A DNA stretch of 60,359 nt, filler included, from Dugesia japonica (lineage: Eukaryota), in the NCBI GenBank assembly GCA_001938525.1. It is 6 parts of 6 records of this genome, joined end to end, with 100 filler letters (N's around TTAATTAATTAA, not from the genome) between each part and the next. Parts side by side here need not be neighbours in the genome. Positions count along the whole stretch, not along the records: positions 1 to 9,104 come from MQRL01604116.1; positions 9,205 to 18,794 come from MQRL01537593.1; 4 more parts are not named here. One strand, 5' to 3'. The translations under genes were made by a program, and so were the position numbers. Numbering within the stretch: position 1 is the first letter of the stretch; each line of letters opens with the position of its first letter. Below, one piece after another: positions 1-13,735 of this stretch. Below the pieces are notes generated by a model that saw only the letters and a program-made list of their open reading frames with translations, had not been told where the DNA came from and did no database searches.

Positions 1-418
1 AGGGTCATATTTCTACGACAAATCTAGCGTTCGTTACTCAACGAATAAACCATTGAAATAAGGTCATTCATAAATTCAGTCTCGAGAACTCATAGAAAGC
101 AGTGAAATCTCTTTAAATTGAAATTAATTATAATTCAAAATAATTTATGGTAACCACAATGACCTTGACCTACTTTTTTTGAAATGACCTTGACCTAGTT
201 TTCGTTGCTAAGTTTGGTTGCCATGGTAACCAATTACCTCGATACCGTTGCTAAGGTGGTTGCCATGGTAACCAATGATCTAGTTACCGTTGCTAAGGCC
301 GTTGCCATGGAAATGACCTTGACCTACTTTAGTTGCCATGTCAACGGTTACCATGGCGACGGGGTGTACCCCCCTCCCTTTGACCTACTTTGTCCTCGTG
401 TCTTCCTATCTATCTACT
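1..418. mobile_element. Right-hand terminal region (TIR) of a Polinton/Maverick-like element, truncated by the window start
   Basis: Ends in CTATCTATCTACT (406-418), the reverse complement of AGTAGATAGATAG. This matches the ends of the TSD-flanked element at 53150-56768 and the ends at 28796 and 59731. Has a subterminal G/C run (361-378), ~42-bp repeats carrying GTTGCCATGGTAAC, and TGACCTTGACCT motifs. Confidence 0.65.
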
Positions 419-430
419 TAAGTAGAATAT

Positions 431-990
431 ATGATAGTATGGGAGCTACAACCAGATAAAATAACGAAACTATTGACAAAACCAAGAATTACAACAAGGA
501 TAACAAGTACACCGGAAACGACGAAAATGTGTAATGTAAACAATATCACCGAAATCAGCACGACCAGTAAAAGAGAAATATTCCAAATGAGACAATAAAA
601 AAATGAAATAAAAATAAACATAGGGTCAGAAGTCCAGACAAAAGTGAAAAAGGACAATTTCGAGAAATGGATGAAAGGATAGCAAGGGCCAACGAGATCA
701 AAATGAAACCTAATAAGCTGAAACAATTAGATGATATAACGATAATAACGGAGATAGCAGAACAAATGATGGATGGTCACTGAGACTCATCGGAGGAGTC
801 AGTGGATTTTTAGCCATTATAATATTCTTAATTTTGATAATCGTCATTGTAAAAACGAAAAAAAGGCAATAAACAAGGTCAAAGATTAGTAATGAGTTGT
901 TGGAATTAACGGACAAATATTTGGATTCATCAAAAGCAATGGTGAGGACTGGTGTCTCAGAGAGAAGGGCTGGCGCAGTTAGGTGGTAAT
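431..990 (+). pseudogene. Decayed ORF with a Thr-rich stretch followed by a transmembrane helix; possibly an env-like or accessory ORF of an LTR element
   Basis: Reads MIVWELQPDKITKLLTKPRITTRITSTPETTKMCNVNNITEISTTSKRE... and later RLIGGVSGFLAIIIFLILIIVIVKTKKRQ* (hydrophobic run plus basic stop-transfer). Interrupted by stops and frameshifts. Family assignment is inference. Confidence 0.3.
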
Positions 991-2564
991 GAGACAGGAA
1001 AAAATTGTGTAAAATGCTTGAACTCGAAATGTAATAGAAGAGTGTAGTGTAGAGTAAATTATGTAAATCGATCGCAATTATGGCGAGAAATTGAGGAGTA
1101 TGTTGTGAGTGTTGTAAAGAAAATTTAAATAATAGAGAGATGTAAATAATGTGAAATCGAGGAGTTAATCGCAGATATTTAAATTATTACAGGTCATTTA
1201 CTAACCAAAGTTAAAAATGTAAATATCTACTTACTCAACAATCAACTCCAATCATAATTAGACAAGTAACCCAGAGTATCTGCGACAATCCTCCTCGACA
1301 GACTGCAAATACTAATGATTTAAAGAAGTAGTAACGTTAACTATAAACAGTGCAAATAGATAAACAGTGTAATTGCTTATATTGTGTAAATAAAAGTACT
1401 TTTAACAATTGCTTATTTCTTTAGTTTTCTTTCTGTTATGACCAATGATAAGTCTTGCCTGATATTATCTTTGCAACTACCACTACCGACGAGAAATATT
1501 GAAATGAGAGGTTACCAACTCAGTGAATTCTATTGTAATAAAAAGAATTTAGAGAATTCCGGGGCTGAATATTTTGTGGGCTCCCAGTAATTTGTTGGGC
1601 TAAAATAGCTCAGTTAGAAATTAATTTTGAGGAAACTGAGAAAGTTAGAGATAAAGAACTTTGAATGCGTTAGAAAATGATTACAATAAGTAATGAAAAT
1701 AAATGATATAAAAGAAATAAATACTATTAAATCATCAATGAATTAACTGATAATAAAATAAATGAATGTAGTAAATAAATTCACCGGAAATGAAATTAGA
1801 AAATAAAGAAGCGAGTAAGATGAAAAGAATCAAAAAGGAAAACCGACAATAAAGTAAAGGAATAATAAAATCGTAAATAAGAAATAAAAAGTTAGAACTA
1901 TTGCTTAAATTTAAGATTTAATTATTGTGAATGAATTGAATGAAAGTGCTCTAGAAGAAAATGAACTGATTAAATAAAGCTCAAATAATAAATTCAGAAA
2001 TAAAAGAATACTAATTAAATAATAAATGAAGATCGCGAAATAAAAAGAATAATAATTAAATAATAAACNNNNNNNNNNNNNNNNNNNNNNNNNNNNNNNN
2101 NNNNNNNNNNNNNNNNNNNNNNNNNNNNNNNNNAAACCGAGAAACGATAAAATGCTCAAAGAAATAATAATCAATAAATTAAAAGCACGAAAGCTCAAAT
2201 GATATAAAGGCGGCTCATGAAATAAAAAGAAAGATTGAATAAACCAAAATAAAATGTATAAATTATGTCAGGAAATGGGAAATAAGAAAAAATAAAAGAC
2301 ATGAAATCGAAAATAAAATTGGAATATGTTATATATTATTCTTGTTTATAACTGTGATATTTAAAGAATTCAAAAGATATAACAATACAATTACTTCTAT
2401 TCGAAAGATATTGAAAAGATATAAAAACTATGCAAGATTTTTGTTAATAAATGTTTTAATACCCTATTTTGTTTATTCGTTTTCATTTAGTTATACACTA
2501 CTTTGTCAATTTTTTATCAATGGTTTAAATAAAATACGCAATTAAAATTAACAAGATGTATTAA

Positions 2565-4896
2565 CATTAGGTTTATGGGACGCGTCAATTTGACGCATTA
2601 CGAATTTTTTAAGGAAAATCACAAAACCCGTTTGCATTTTTATTTTATCTCTTGTAATGACTTTTATCCATTGATCAAGGTAAATATATATTGATGTCTG
2701 TTTTCTTCAAAAGCATTGAAATATTGAAATTCTCTATGTTGTATACCTATCTCTATGGATATGTGTCAATTTTACGCGATCGTAATTTAGACAACATTTT
2801 GAGTGAACATGCAAACATCATATCACAAATAAATAGGAATGTACCGACAATACTTTGATCTTTTATCCAATACCATTATATCAAATGAAACAAGCGATAA
2901 ACAACTGTTGCCGCTTAGCAATAATAGAAAGAACGAAACGTAAAATGTCAATTGGCGTCTGATTGCAAAGAAATTTTGAAGGTTTCAGTTGCTTAGTTCG
3001 AGTATTGAAAAATAAAATACTAGAATGTTTTTTGAATTAGTAATATTATTGTGAACCTCAATTTATACTATTTTGACAAAAAGCCCTTCTTTATCGTCTA
3101 AATATGTCTAGAAGAGGAAATAAAATTTTTTAAAACATAGTCAGTATTTGTGAAGAGTGTTTTGGCTCTCAAGAGGCTGAAAATGAAGTGACTCAAAACG
3201 GGGATGAAATCGAGATTTTGGAATCTGATGAAAGTATGCAAGCAGGGGAATCATCAGATAGTGAAAAAGAAAATCATAAGAAATTATTAGGCCTTCGCAG
3301 AAAAAGAATGCGTATCGTCCCAAAATTAGGATGCATTATGGGATCCAGAAATAGCGGGCGATGAAACAACTTGGATGAAATTGAATGTGGGCGCCTCTAG
3401 TGGTCGATATCCTTCCCACAAAATCTTCAAAGTCATTGCTGGGCCTACTAGCTACGCAAAACAAAATGTGATGGAAGGTAACGTAAGCAGTGCTTTTCAT
3501 TTGATTATAACCAAAAACATGATAGAACATATACGAAGTTGTACTGAAGAAGAAGCACATTGTGTTTTGAAAGGAGATTGGAAGATTTTAACGACAAAGT
3601 TACTTGCGTTTGTTGAGACTTTGTACGCTAAGAAAGTGTATGAAGCCAATTTGCTAAATGCTTTTTATTTATGGTCCAAGGAATGGGGACCAGATTATTT
3701 TTCTAATATGATGTCCAGGGATGAATTCATGCAAATTCTTCGATTTGTCCGATTTGATAAAAAAAACGGAACGATATAGACGTTTACGCACCGACAGACT
3801 TACAATGATATCCGAAATATGGAATCAATTTATACACAATAGTCAATGCTGTTATAAACCTCACGAGAATATTTCAATAGACAAGCAACTGTTCTCTACT
3901 AAAGCCCGCTGTAAATTCACACAATATATGCCAAATAAGCTGCACAAATTTGGCATAAAGTTTTGGTTGGCAGTAGATGTTCAACCTAAATGTCTTATAA
4001 ATGGGTTTCCTTACTTAGGTAAAGATGAAACACGAACTTCAACACCCTTGGGCGAATTTGTAGTTATGAGGTTAGCCGAACCATATCTTCACAAGGCAGA
4101 AATATAACTACGGATAATTTTTTCACCAGTATTCCTCTAGCTGAAAAATTAGTTGCAAAAAGAACTAGTTTAGTTGAAACTATTCAAGCCAACAAGAGCG
4201 AACTTCCGAAGCCAGCAAAAAAGAAAGATAAAATGAAGTTGTATTCTTCAGAACATTATAAGTCAGGAAAATGCATACTTACTATATATAAAAGTAAGTC
4301 NNNNNNNNNNGTGCTGTTACTAAGTACTAAGCATACTTTTATAACAATAAAAGACAATAAAAAACATACCCCTGAAACAATAGGATATTAAAATGAGACA
4401 AAGTTTGGAGTCGATGTAGTAGACCAAATGGCTCGCAAATATACTACCAAATCAGCATCTTTTCGATGGACTCTCCAGGTGTTCTTCAACATTTTGGATT
4501 TAGCGGCAATAAACGCATGGATCATATACACAGAGTGAAATTTTGTCAAAATATCCAGAATTTTCTATTTCAGTTGGCCAAAGAACTTGCAGAAGGAGAA
4601 AAGAAAAAATTCAAAAACATAGATTATAATCATCCGCCACCTAGTACTTCGGGAGAACGCAAGACAAGAGTATTTGTGGAAAAGATGTGCGAAATAAATG
4701 TATAATATTGAAAAAATGTATAATAAAATTATTGAATAATAAAAGCTTTCCATATATATACATCTCATATTTTCATTTTTATCTTATAGTATATAATTAC
4801 AGTGCTTTCTAAGTGTTGTTATATGTATTCGTTCATGCGTCAAATTGACGCAAATTCGCAGAGATAGGTATATAAGAAACGTCCGTAAACCTAGTG
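2565..4896 (+). mobile_element. piggyBac DNA transposon, full length, decayed
   Basis: TTAA at 2561-2564 and 4897-4900. TIRs CATTAGGTTTATGGGAC and GTCCGTAAACCTAGTG. Subterminal palindrome GCGTCAATTTGACGC near both ends. Internal transposase fragments. Confidence 0.92.
3104..4705 (+). pseudogene. piggyBac (PGBD4-like, DDE_Tnp_1_7) transposase pseudogene
   Basis: ORFs 3375-3779 (MSRDEFMQILRFVRFD) and 3721-4107 (ISIDKQL...QYMPNKLHKFGIKFW). Downstream motifs TTDNFFTS and TKFGVDVVDQM. Frameshifts and stops. Confidence 0.9.
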
Positions 4897-7800
4897 TTAA
4901 ATAGCACATTATTTGTTATTTTCATCATATTTGTATTTTCTTAATTAAACTGTTCAAATTTGACATTATATTATAAACTTGATTTTGATAATATCAATAC
5001 TTAAGACCAAGTATTACAACTTTTTCTCTAGCAAATACATTAACACATGCAGGATTGTATTTATCAAGTATCAATGCTAGAAATAATTCAGGTTCATACA
5101 AACACTTGGTTATTCTTGCTAATGTATAAAAATTTACTGATTCTTTCAAAATGACTATAATAGTTAACGATTGTAGCTGAATGTTTTTAACGTTTTACTG
5201 TAAATTCTTNNNNNNNNNNNNNNNNNNNNNNNNNNNNNNNNNNNNNNNNNNNNNNNNNNNNNNNNNNNNNNNNNNNNNNNNNNNNNNNNNNNNNNNNNNN
5301 NNNNNNNNNNNNNNNNNNNNNNNNNNNNNNNNNNNNNNNNNNNNNNNNNNNNNNNNNNNNNNNNNNNNNNNGTTAGTAATCATTAAATAATCAATAAATA
5401 AATTTCATTTAAATATATAAATATGATCAATAATTTTTAGTTAGAAATCAATATTAAAATCAATAATTAATAATAAATATGCTTTACATATTGAATCGTT
5501 TGTTATTGAATGCTTCCACAGCACAATTCATAGGGTCAACATTGTCAGCATTTAATAAAGGACAAATGTAAATTATGATAATTGAAAATATTAAAATCAT
5601 TATTTTGCATAAATAACAAATAATAATTTTCCAGTTTAATTTATATTTAATTTCTGTTGAAATGAACAACTTATTAAAATTAATTCAATGATAAATGTTG
5701 TCTTTTGCTTTCAGTTTGTGTGGATAGAATGACCAATAAATAATCAAATTGATTGGTTGATAATTCCTGCTGATATAATGAATACATATCACATCTCATA
5801 TTATTTGTCTTTTAAACTCTTGTTCTTTTTATTGTTTCATAGTTTCACTTATCAATTTAATCATTGTTTTCATAAATTCAATTTATATTGGTCCCATATC
5901 AGTTTGATGTGAATTTTATCTTAATTTCAATCTTGTAATTTATTTAACTTAAATTTTAAAAAGTTTTCTTAACATTCAGTGAAATAAAAAATAAATTAAA
6001 TTTGTTTGGCTGGAATATTGAATTAAATTCAGCTAAATGTTTTAGAAGTATTCTAAAAATCATGACAATGATTATAAGTAATAATACTACTGTAAAAGTA
6101 AATAGTGTGCATTTAACAGCACAATTCATTAGGTAACCAAGAAAGTTCATTCAATTTTTAAATATAATTCATTCTCGTTTATATGAATTTAATTTATCTT
6201 AATTTTTCTAGGTTATCTAAAGCCATTAAAAATTTTCTTTTGTTTAGATTTATAAAAAAATTTACTATTTAAATGTTGTGATTATCCGAATTAATTCAAT
6301 AATTTTTAATGCTATTCTTGATAATAATGACACCAATTTAAAGCGCATATTATTAATATAAACTGATAATGATAGAAAAACGAATGAATTTATTAATGAT
6401 GGAATTGTAATGATTTATATAATCTAATCATTATTAAAGTATCAATAATAGAAAACTTTAAGGTAAAATTTTAAGAAAAATATTTATAATATACATTTAA
6501 AACAAATTAACAGTAATAATAAAAATATATTAAATAAAACTAAAAGTTACCCGAGAATCGACGAGCGTAGCGCCCGCCGAAGTGAGTAATAAAAATGAAC
6601 AGCTATTTCTACCGTTTGAAAAATGAACTAATTATTAGTTTTTTGACAAGAGCAAAACATAGGATCTTGGTAGTTATCAACATTTGATAACAAACATGAA
6701 ATGAATAGAAACAACCATCAATCATTTAATCACTGAATAAACATAAAAGCGCTCTTTTATTTTACATGGAGTAAACAATAAGAAAATCATTGGAATATAA
6801 AATGAAGTATTTTATATATTGGCAAAGAATTAATTAAGTAAAAATATTAATTATGTATAAAATATTATGTGATATAAATAACTATGAACATAAAAATGTT
6901 CATAGATCAATTAAATAGGTATATTAAAGAGTTATAGTATTGATAAGGATTAGATAAAATTATATAAAAATTAAAAGTAATAGTTAATTATGCTCAAAAC
7001 GATTATTAAACATATCATATTTTATTTTAATATTATTATGTACATAATAGTGTGAATAGCCATATTAATACAAATCCAATTTTTAAAATAAACTACTAAA
7101 TATAAATGAAATTAGTATCATGACAAAGTTGCGAATAAACACAAACAAGGGTCAAAGTAAAATAAAGATGTCAAAATTTTAAAGAAACTTAAATCGGATT
7201 AACTATAACAGAACCACAAATCTTTTTAAAATGATGAGAAGTCATTTTCATGGATGATTTTGTGGCTGTGCAGTATAAACGAAATTGGAGCGACCAAACT
7301 TTAAAGAAATAATAAAATAATGTATCTCATTAGTTTAGTGGAAGTTAAAGACAAATATTATTAAAAATTTGGTATCTGATAAAATTCGAGGGGTTCAAAC
7401 CAGTACATAACTGTAAGATTGTAAATAATCATAAAATTCGGTTAAAAGAGCTTTAACACGATTAATCCTGTGGTTGAGAAAAAATTTATTATTGAGTTAA
7501 TAAATTTTGTTGGATTTGAATTATAATTTACGAGATTTTAGATAAGATTAGAAACCTCAGACGGATCTTTACCTAACAAGGAGCAGATTTAATTTAAAGT
7601 TAGAATAATTTTGTAATTTAGCGAGCTGAGGTTTTGGAAACCCCAACAGATCAAATCAGTCAATTATAGTAAATTGTTTGATTTATAATTATTACATTAA
7701 TTTTAATGCAATTTATTTATATTGTGTCAATGTAAACCAGCTCAAATGTGAATTAAAATTTTTTAATGAATAAATTTTGTTATTTAAATTAGTGTTTTTA

Positions 7801-9104
7801 ATTCTAGTTTTATTCTATAAATAATATTTGTATTTTGCATATTTTTGTTACCACTATTATTATTTTAATATTTTTAATTTTTATCATTGTTATTTTGACT
7901 TTTTTCAGTCTCAATAGTTTGTTAAATTTTCAACTCTTATTATTTAAAGTAAATCAAAGTTTATCTTATAAAAATAATTAAAATTTGAAATTACACGAAA
8001 AATCTATTAACGCGAAAAACTTGAAATTAAATTAAAAAATAATTAAAATTTTAATTTACATTTTAAAATTAAAATTATGAAAAGGAAGCATTTTTATACA
8101 CAAGATCCTATATAAAAAATGTTTAGTTATTATTCTGAGTTCAATGACACTAATTTCAGGCGCATATGATTAATATAAACTGAGAACAACATCAAATTCA
8201 TCCGAATCCAAACAGCACATTCAACACCAGATTAATTTTAAATATAGTGCTCGATAACTCATTAATATGGCCCACAGCTAACTTTAGTCCGTCGCTCACT
8301 GAAGCATTTTACATAATAAGTTCTTTATGCAATGTCAAGGTCGAATTAGTGGTTCACATCAAACACATCATCAATAAAGTGAACACACACGAACGCATAC
8401 CTTTTAAGTCAAATTTCTTATGTTTACGATATCATTACACACACAACAACAATATTATAAAATACACACACTTCACACGCATTAATTGATCAATATAAAG
8501 AAATTTTAGAAGAGTTATTATCATGAGTCAATATTCAATGAGCAAGAGAAAAACAAAATATTATTTTGAAAATGAACATTTGTTTTGGAATAAATTAGAA
8601 ATTGAATCATTATTCTGAAAGAGATCAAGTATTTTTGATTATTCGAATTATGCAATTTATAAGAATGATACAACCAAATTAGTCGTGCAGTTTTTTATAT
8701 GCGATTGTTTTCATATACCGAAATTTAGTTTAAATTTTGTTTAAATTAAATTAAAATTAAATTAAATTAAATCAACTAAACTTGTCAACTAATAAAAGGT
8801 TGTTAAAATTATTTTAATTAGAATAATTATTCGTATATNNNNNNNNNNNNNNNNNNNNNNNNNNNNNNNNNNNNNNNNNNNNNNNNNNNNNNNNNNNNNN
8901 NNNNNNNNNNNNNNNNNNNNNNNNNNNNNNNNNNNNNNNNNNNNNNNNNNNNNNNNNNNNNNNNNNNNNNNNNNAAAATGTTTTGACAAGAATTATGTAA
9001 ATGAAAATATTGATAAGTACCGACCTTTTTGTTTATATTTAACAAAGGTTTTAAAATAATTATTTTGTATTTAATAGGAAATTGAGTTATATTTGTAAAA
9101 ATAC

Positions 9105-9204
9105 NNNNNNNNNNNNNNNNNNNNNNNNNNNNNNNNNNNNNNNNNNNNTTAATTAATTAANNNNNNNNNNNNNNNNNNNNNNNNNNNNNNNNNNNNNNNN
9201 NNNN
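9105..9204. other. Artificial contig/scaffold linker
   Basis: 44 N + TTAATTAATTAA (stops in all six frames) + 44 N. The identical structure occurs five times. Confidence 0.95.
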
Positions 9205-10043
9205 CTGGAGACAGCAAGATTATATATTATTTCTAGAGATTTACACACTTTCTATAAATTTTGCATTCATATTTAATTATTAACGTATTTAATGAAACTC
9301 CTATATCTGATAATGGAATTTTCTATATTTGTAAGAATTTATTTATGCAATGAAATTACTGTTTACTTAAACCATTTACAAATCCATATAACATCTGATA
9401 AAAACGCCATAAAACCTTTTAAAATCCGAGAAAATCCTTTAAACCATAGTAAATTCTAGAAAACTGCAAAAACCACTAAAAACCTTTTATTGGTTTATCG
9501 AATGTATCGACTGCATTGATTTGCAGATTAGCTTAATTAAATTAATCAATACAAGATTTTAACAATTTACATATGTTTTAATATGATTTACATGACTTAC
9601 TGAATTTAGAATTTACATATGACTTAAGGAAATTTACAAATGGACAAATTTAATTGATTATTTTAATTTAGTCTATGAATTATAGAACTTATTGTATATG
9701 GATTTACTATATATAATATTTAATGGAACTACTGTAAGAATTATTCAACTTATGGTATATTTTATACGTCTAAGTAAATTTGATGTTAGATGAGATGAGA
9801 TTTATCTGAAACAAGATAGTTTATAGAGTTTAATGTTAACCTTAAATCATGAAAAGTTTAAAATTTTAAGTAAAACTTATTTGTTTCAATTATTTGATTA
9901 AATAAAGTAGAATACTTATATTCAGAAATCAGGTTTCTACCCAGAGTAATTTACATTTTAGAATTCAGATGATTTAAGTGATGTTTGATCTTCACGTAAT
10001 CAAATTGCACATGGCCTATTACGTAATAAAATAAGAGTCATCG

Positions 10044-10046
<3 letters not shown>

Positions 10047-10104
<58 letters not shown>
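10047..10104. repeat. (TAA)n microsatellite
   Basis: Pure TAA tract running into an N gap. Similar tracts at ~18895-18935, 27953-27973, 42731-42796, 44263-44349 and 57122-57189. Confidence 0.95.
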
Positions 10105-11121
10105 NNNNNNNNNNNNNNNNNNNNNNNNNNNNNNNNNNNNNNNNNNNNNNNNNNNNNNNNNNNNNNNNNNNNNNNNNNNNNNNNNNNNNNNNNNNNNNNN
10201 NNNNNNNNNNNNNNNNNNNNNNNNNNNNNNNNNNNNNNNNNNNNNNNNNNNNNNNNNNNNNNNNNNNNNNNNNNNNNNNNNNNNNNNNNNNNNNNNNNNN
10301 NNNNNNNNNNNNNNNNNNNNNNNNNNNNNNNNNNNNNNNNNNNNNNNNNNNNNNNNNNNNNNNNNNNNNNNNNNNNNNNNNNNNNNNNNNNNNNNNNNNN
10401 NNNNNNNATTTATTATTAAAATACTCAATAATTGTAATTGGTGTTTAAGTAATACAGATTCGCTGTCAAATTTTGAAAATGTTTAAATGATAATTAATTT
10501 GAAAATATTAAAATTTTCATTCTTTAGTCAACAGTAATTTACATCAATTATAACAATTCAATAATTAAAAAGAAAGTCTACTTTGAATATTGATTTTATA
10601 ATTAGTTTGTTTCAATCAATAGACTTAAATATTCACTCTTTTTTAGTAATTGTTCATGTTTTTGAATAAAATATTATAATTATTTCTGCTCATAAATTGT
10701 AAATTATTTTCATGATGAAGAATAAAAAGTGAATTTGAAATTTTACATTTTTAAACCAAATCGCTGACAAACACAAAGCTTTTATCGTAATATAAATTCG
10801 TGAATTATGAATCTAAATCGATTCATAAAAATATAACACTTTACATTTTATTTTTCAAAACACTTTTTTACAAAGCTTATATTTGGACGAAATTTTATAA
10901 GAGTAATTAAAATATTTTTGAAAAACTTCTCTATTTAAAACAAACTAAAGTTTTTCAATTTTACTGATATTTAACTGTTTTGATTTTATTAGAATAAAAT
11001 AATATTATTCAATAAAGATTTTGAAAGACCAGTTTGAATATTAAATTATTGATCATAAGATTTAATCACTAATGACTCACAAATTATTCTCTCTGAAAAT
11101 TGGAAATCATTAATGTTTATA

Positions 11122-12391
11122 CTGGGTGTTCCAATTTAATCTTACATTTTAAATTTAATTCCATTTACTTCTGTTTTGTTTTATTAAATCAATTATTGTT
11201 GAATAATAAATAGTAATTCATGCAGTTTTTAAAGATGAATCATTATACCATTGAACAAAAAGTATTTATGGTAAAAAATTATTTTAAATACGGCGAAAGT
11301 TATGCCGAAGTTCGCAGAAAATTTAAGTCGGAATATAGAAGAGAAAGTTGTCCGTCACATGTGACAATTCAAAAAGTTATCAATGAACGGCACCAAGAAT
11401 ATCATAAAGTGATTGCTCGGAAACCAATATTGCAGCTGTAAGCTGTAGTGTAAGTGAGAAACCGAAAACGTCAATCCGCCGACGTTCACAACAATTATCT
11501 ATTACAAGAAGGACATTATTCAGAATTTTGCATAAAGATCTTCATTTTAAGGCATTCAAGATTCAAATAACTCAACAAATAAAGACAGCAGACTTTGAAA
11601 TACACCGTAAATTCAGTAAATGAGCCATTGAAAATATGCATGAAAATGAAACATTTTTCCAAAACGTGAACTTTAGCGACGAAGCATATTTTGAACTAGG
11701 AGGATTTGTGAACACACAGAATTGTAGAATTTGATGCAATGAAAATCCACATGAAATATTACAAAAAAACTCCATTAATCAAAGGTAAATGTTTGGTGTG
11801 GTTTTTGGGCGGGTGGTGTTATCGGTCCTTATTTCTTTGAGAATGAAGCTAGAAATTCTGTAACAGTTACCGGAGCTCGATATAGAAATATGATTGAAAA
11901 ATGCTTGTTTCATAAATTGAAAGGTATGGATACCCAAAACATGTGGTTTTAGCAGACTGGTGCCACATCTCATACGGCAAAAGAAACAATTACCCTTTTA
12001 AAAGAACGATTTGATGAAACATTAATTACTCGAAATGCAAACATTAATTGGCCGCTCAGATCTTGCGATCTAACGCCTCTAAATGTTTTCTTTTCGGGTT
12101 ATTTAATGGAAAAGGTGTGTATTAAAGATCCTGAAACAATTGTTGATCTTAAAGAGAACATCATCTATGAAATTGGTGAAATTAAGCACCAGTTGTGCCA
12201 AAATATCATAGAAAACCTTTGTAAAAGAATGGGTACTTGCTAGGAAGCAGCATGAGGTCACTGGCATGACATTATTTTTCATTGTTAAAGCGGAATATAT
12301 GTACTATCATTGTAAATAATATATTGCTACATTTCATACCATTAACTATTTTTATTGAAAATTTAAAATGTAACCTTACCGGAACACCCTG
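11122..12391 (+). mobile_element. DD37D (maT-type) Tc1/mariner transposon with decayed transposase (~11235-12288)
   Basis: TA flanks. TIRs CTGGGTGTTCC...TTACATTTTAAAT and ATTTAAAATGTAA...GGAACACCCTG. N-terminal YTIEQKVFMVKNYF...VRRKF (DUF4817-like HTH). Motifs FSDEAYF, F*QTGATSHT and WPLRSCDLTPL. Confidence 0.88.
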
Positions 12392-13291
12392 TAACTGAAT
12401 TGAATGTTATGTTCTACAATATGTTATGTGACTGCAATTATGTAATAAACTACGTTTTTAAATTCTTTCACAGAGATGACGAGTAGTTTCTTAAATGTAT
12501 GTGGCATTACACATCTTCCAATCACAATAAACAAGATCAAATACCAATCCATAACGTGTTTTAGACTTATTACTGAACATATTTATTATTTTAAGACTGA
12601 CATAATTTTAAAATTTAGAAGATCATTTTCAATATGATTAAAGCTTTCAGAACAAGGAATATTAAAAAAATACCTAATTTTTATCAATTTTAGTAGATTT
12701 ATCTAGGTCTTTAATAATGTTGACATCATTTCAATTAATTTTTCAATGTTAAGAACAATTTTACCAATACTTTTATGAATTACAGTTTCAAATAGGTTGT
12801 CCAGCAGGTTCTTTCAGCTTTTACCGATTCCCGGCTTTTATAATTTTTCGAGTATTTACAAAGTAATAAATCTGAAACGCATATTTATTTTTTTAAATAA
12901 TAATGAATAATATTTTGGTTGATTTGGCTTGTTTGCATTTGTTTGGTATCCTTTTCAAATGAACAGTAAAATATACTTCTTTTACTTTTCTTTAAAATTT
13001 TATTTACAAACTCTAGAAATCTGTGATAAGAATTAAGGACAGTAAACAAATTTGCTTTAAAAATATAGGAAACCTTAAAAATTTGAATGAATACTTGTAA
13101 TTAAGCCAGTGTTGTCCAAACCTTTCCTTCATACGGCAAACTCATTTTCAAAAAAAATTTTATGTGACAGACCATCGGAAAATATTAAGAAAATGTAATT
13201 GTTTTCAAAGGTAAAAATTGTAAAATTCTATACTCAAATAAGTTTTTTTTTAAAAATCATTTTTGCTGTTCGTAATTATTATTTGCATTGA

Positions 13292-13345
13292 AGAAGGTAG
13301 ATATGAGCGCAATGTAATATCCACCCCCAACACTGATTTGCACAA
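13292..13345 (+). mobile_element. Isolated Polinton-like terminus
   Basis: AGAAGGTAGATATGAGCGCAATGTAA matches AGTAGGTAGATATGAGAGCATTGTAA (53150) at 23 of 26 positions. Followed by a C run. Confidence 0.55.
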
Positions 13346-13536
13346 TGTAGTCTTTTAGAATCACACTGAAAGCCATTACTTAAATATCACTCGTAATTTT
13401 TGTGTTTGGAATTTTTCCGTTAGTTTAAAATTTTTCAGTTTTCTTTAAATTTAGCGATCAATTTAAATTTTCGTGGGAAAGTTTTGTTTAATTACTTTAC
13501 ATTAATTCTTATGAATTTATAAAGAAAATTATTTTT

Positions 13537-13735
13537 GAATTCATTTAAAATAAAAGCAGCGATAAAAATTGCTTTCTGTTTTTTGAGATTGATTCACTAT
13601 TTTGACTTTGTCTTCGTTATCGAATCAAACTCAAAAAATAAAGAAATTTTGATCGAAGCTTTTATTTTAAATGAATTCTAAAAAACGATCAATGTTTATG
13701 TCCAACAATTATTCTTTCAATAATTGCAATTGTAA
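13537..13735. repeat. Member of a dispersed palindromic (MITE-like) repeat family
   Basis: Perfect 21-bp inverted repeat 13537-13557 / 13658-13678. The motif TTTGATCGAAGC...TCCAACAATTATT recurs at ~15910-16020, 30770-30865, 38660-38755 and 39400-39485. Confidence 0.7.

Noticed and set aside
205-459. 84-aa ORF with VAMVTN repeats
   Set aside because: It is the translation of the 42-bp X-box-like tandem repeat and runs across the element terminus.
10048-10428. Poly-Y/N/L/I/X ORFs (also 42699-43021, 56994-57266, 5181-5390, 8789-9045)
   Set aside because: Mostly artefacts of (TAA)n microsatellites and N gaps; only short non-repeat parts overlap candidate exons listed separately.
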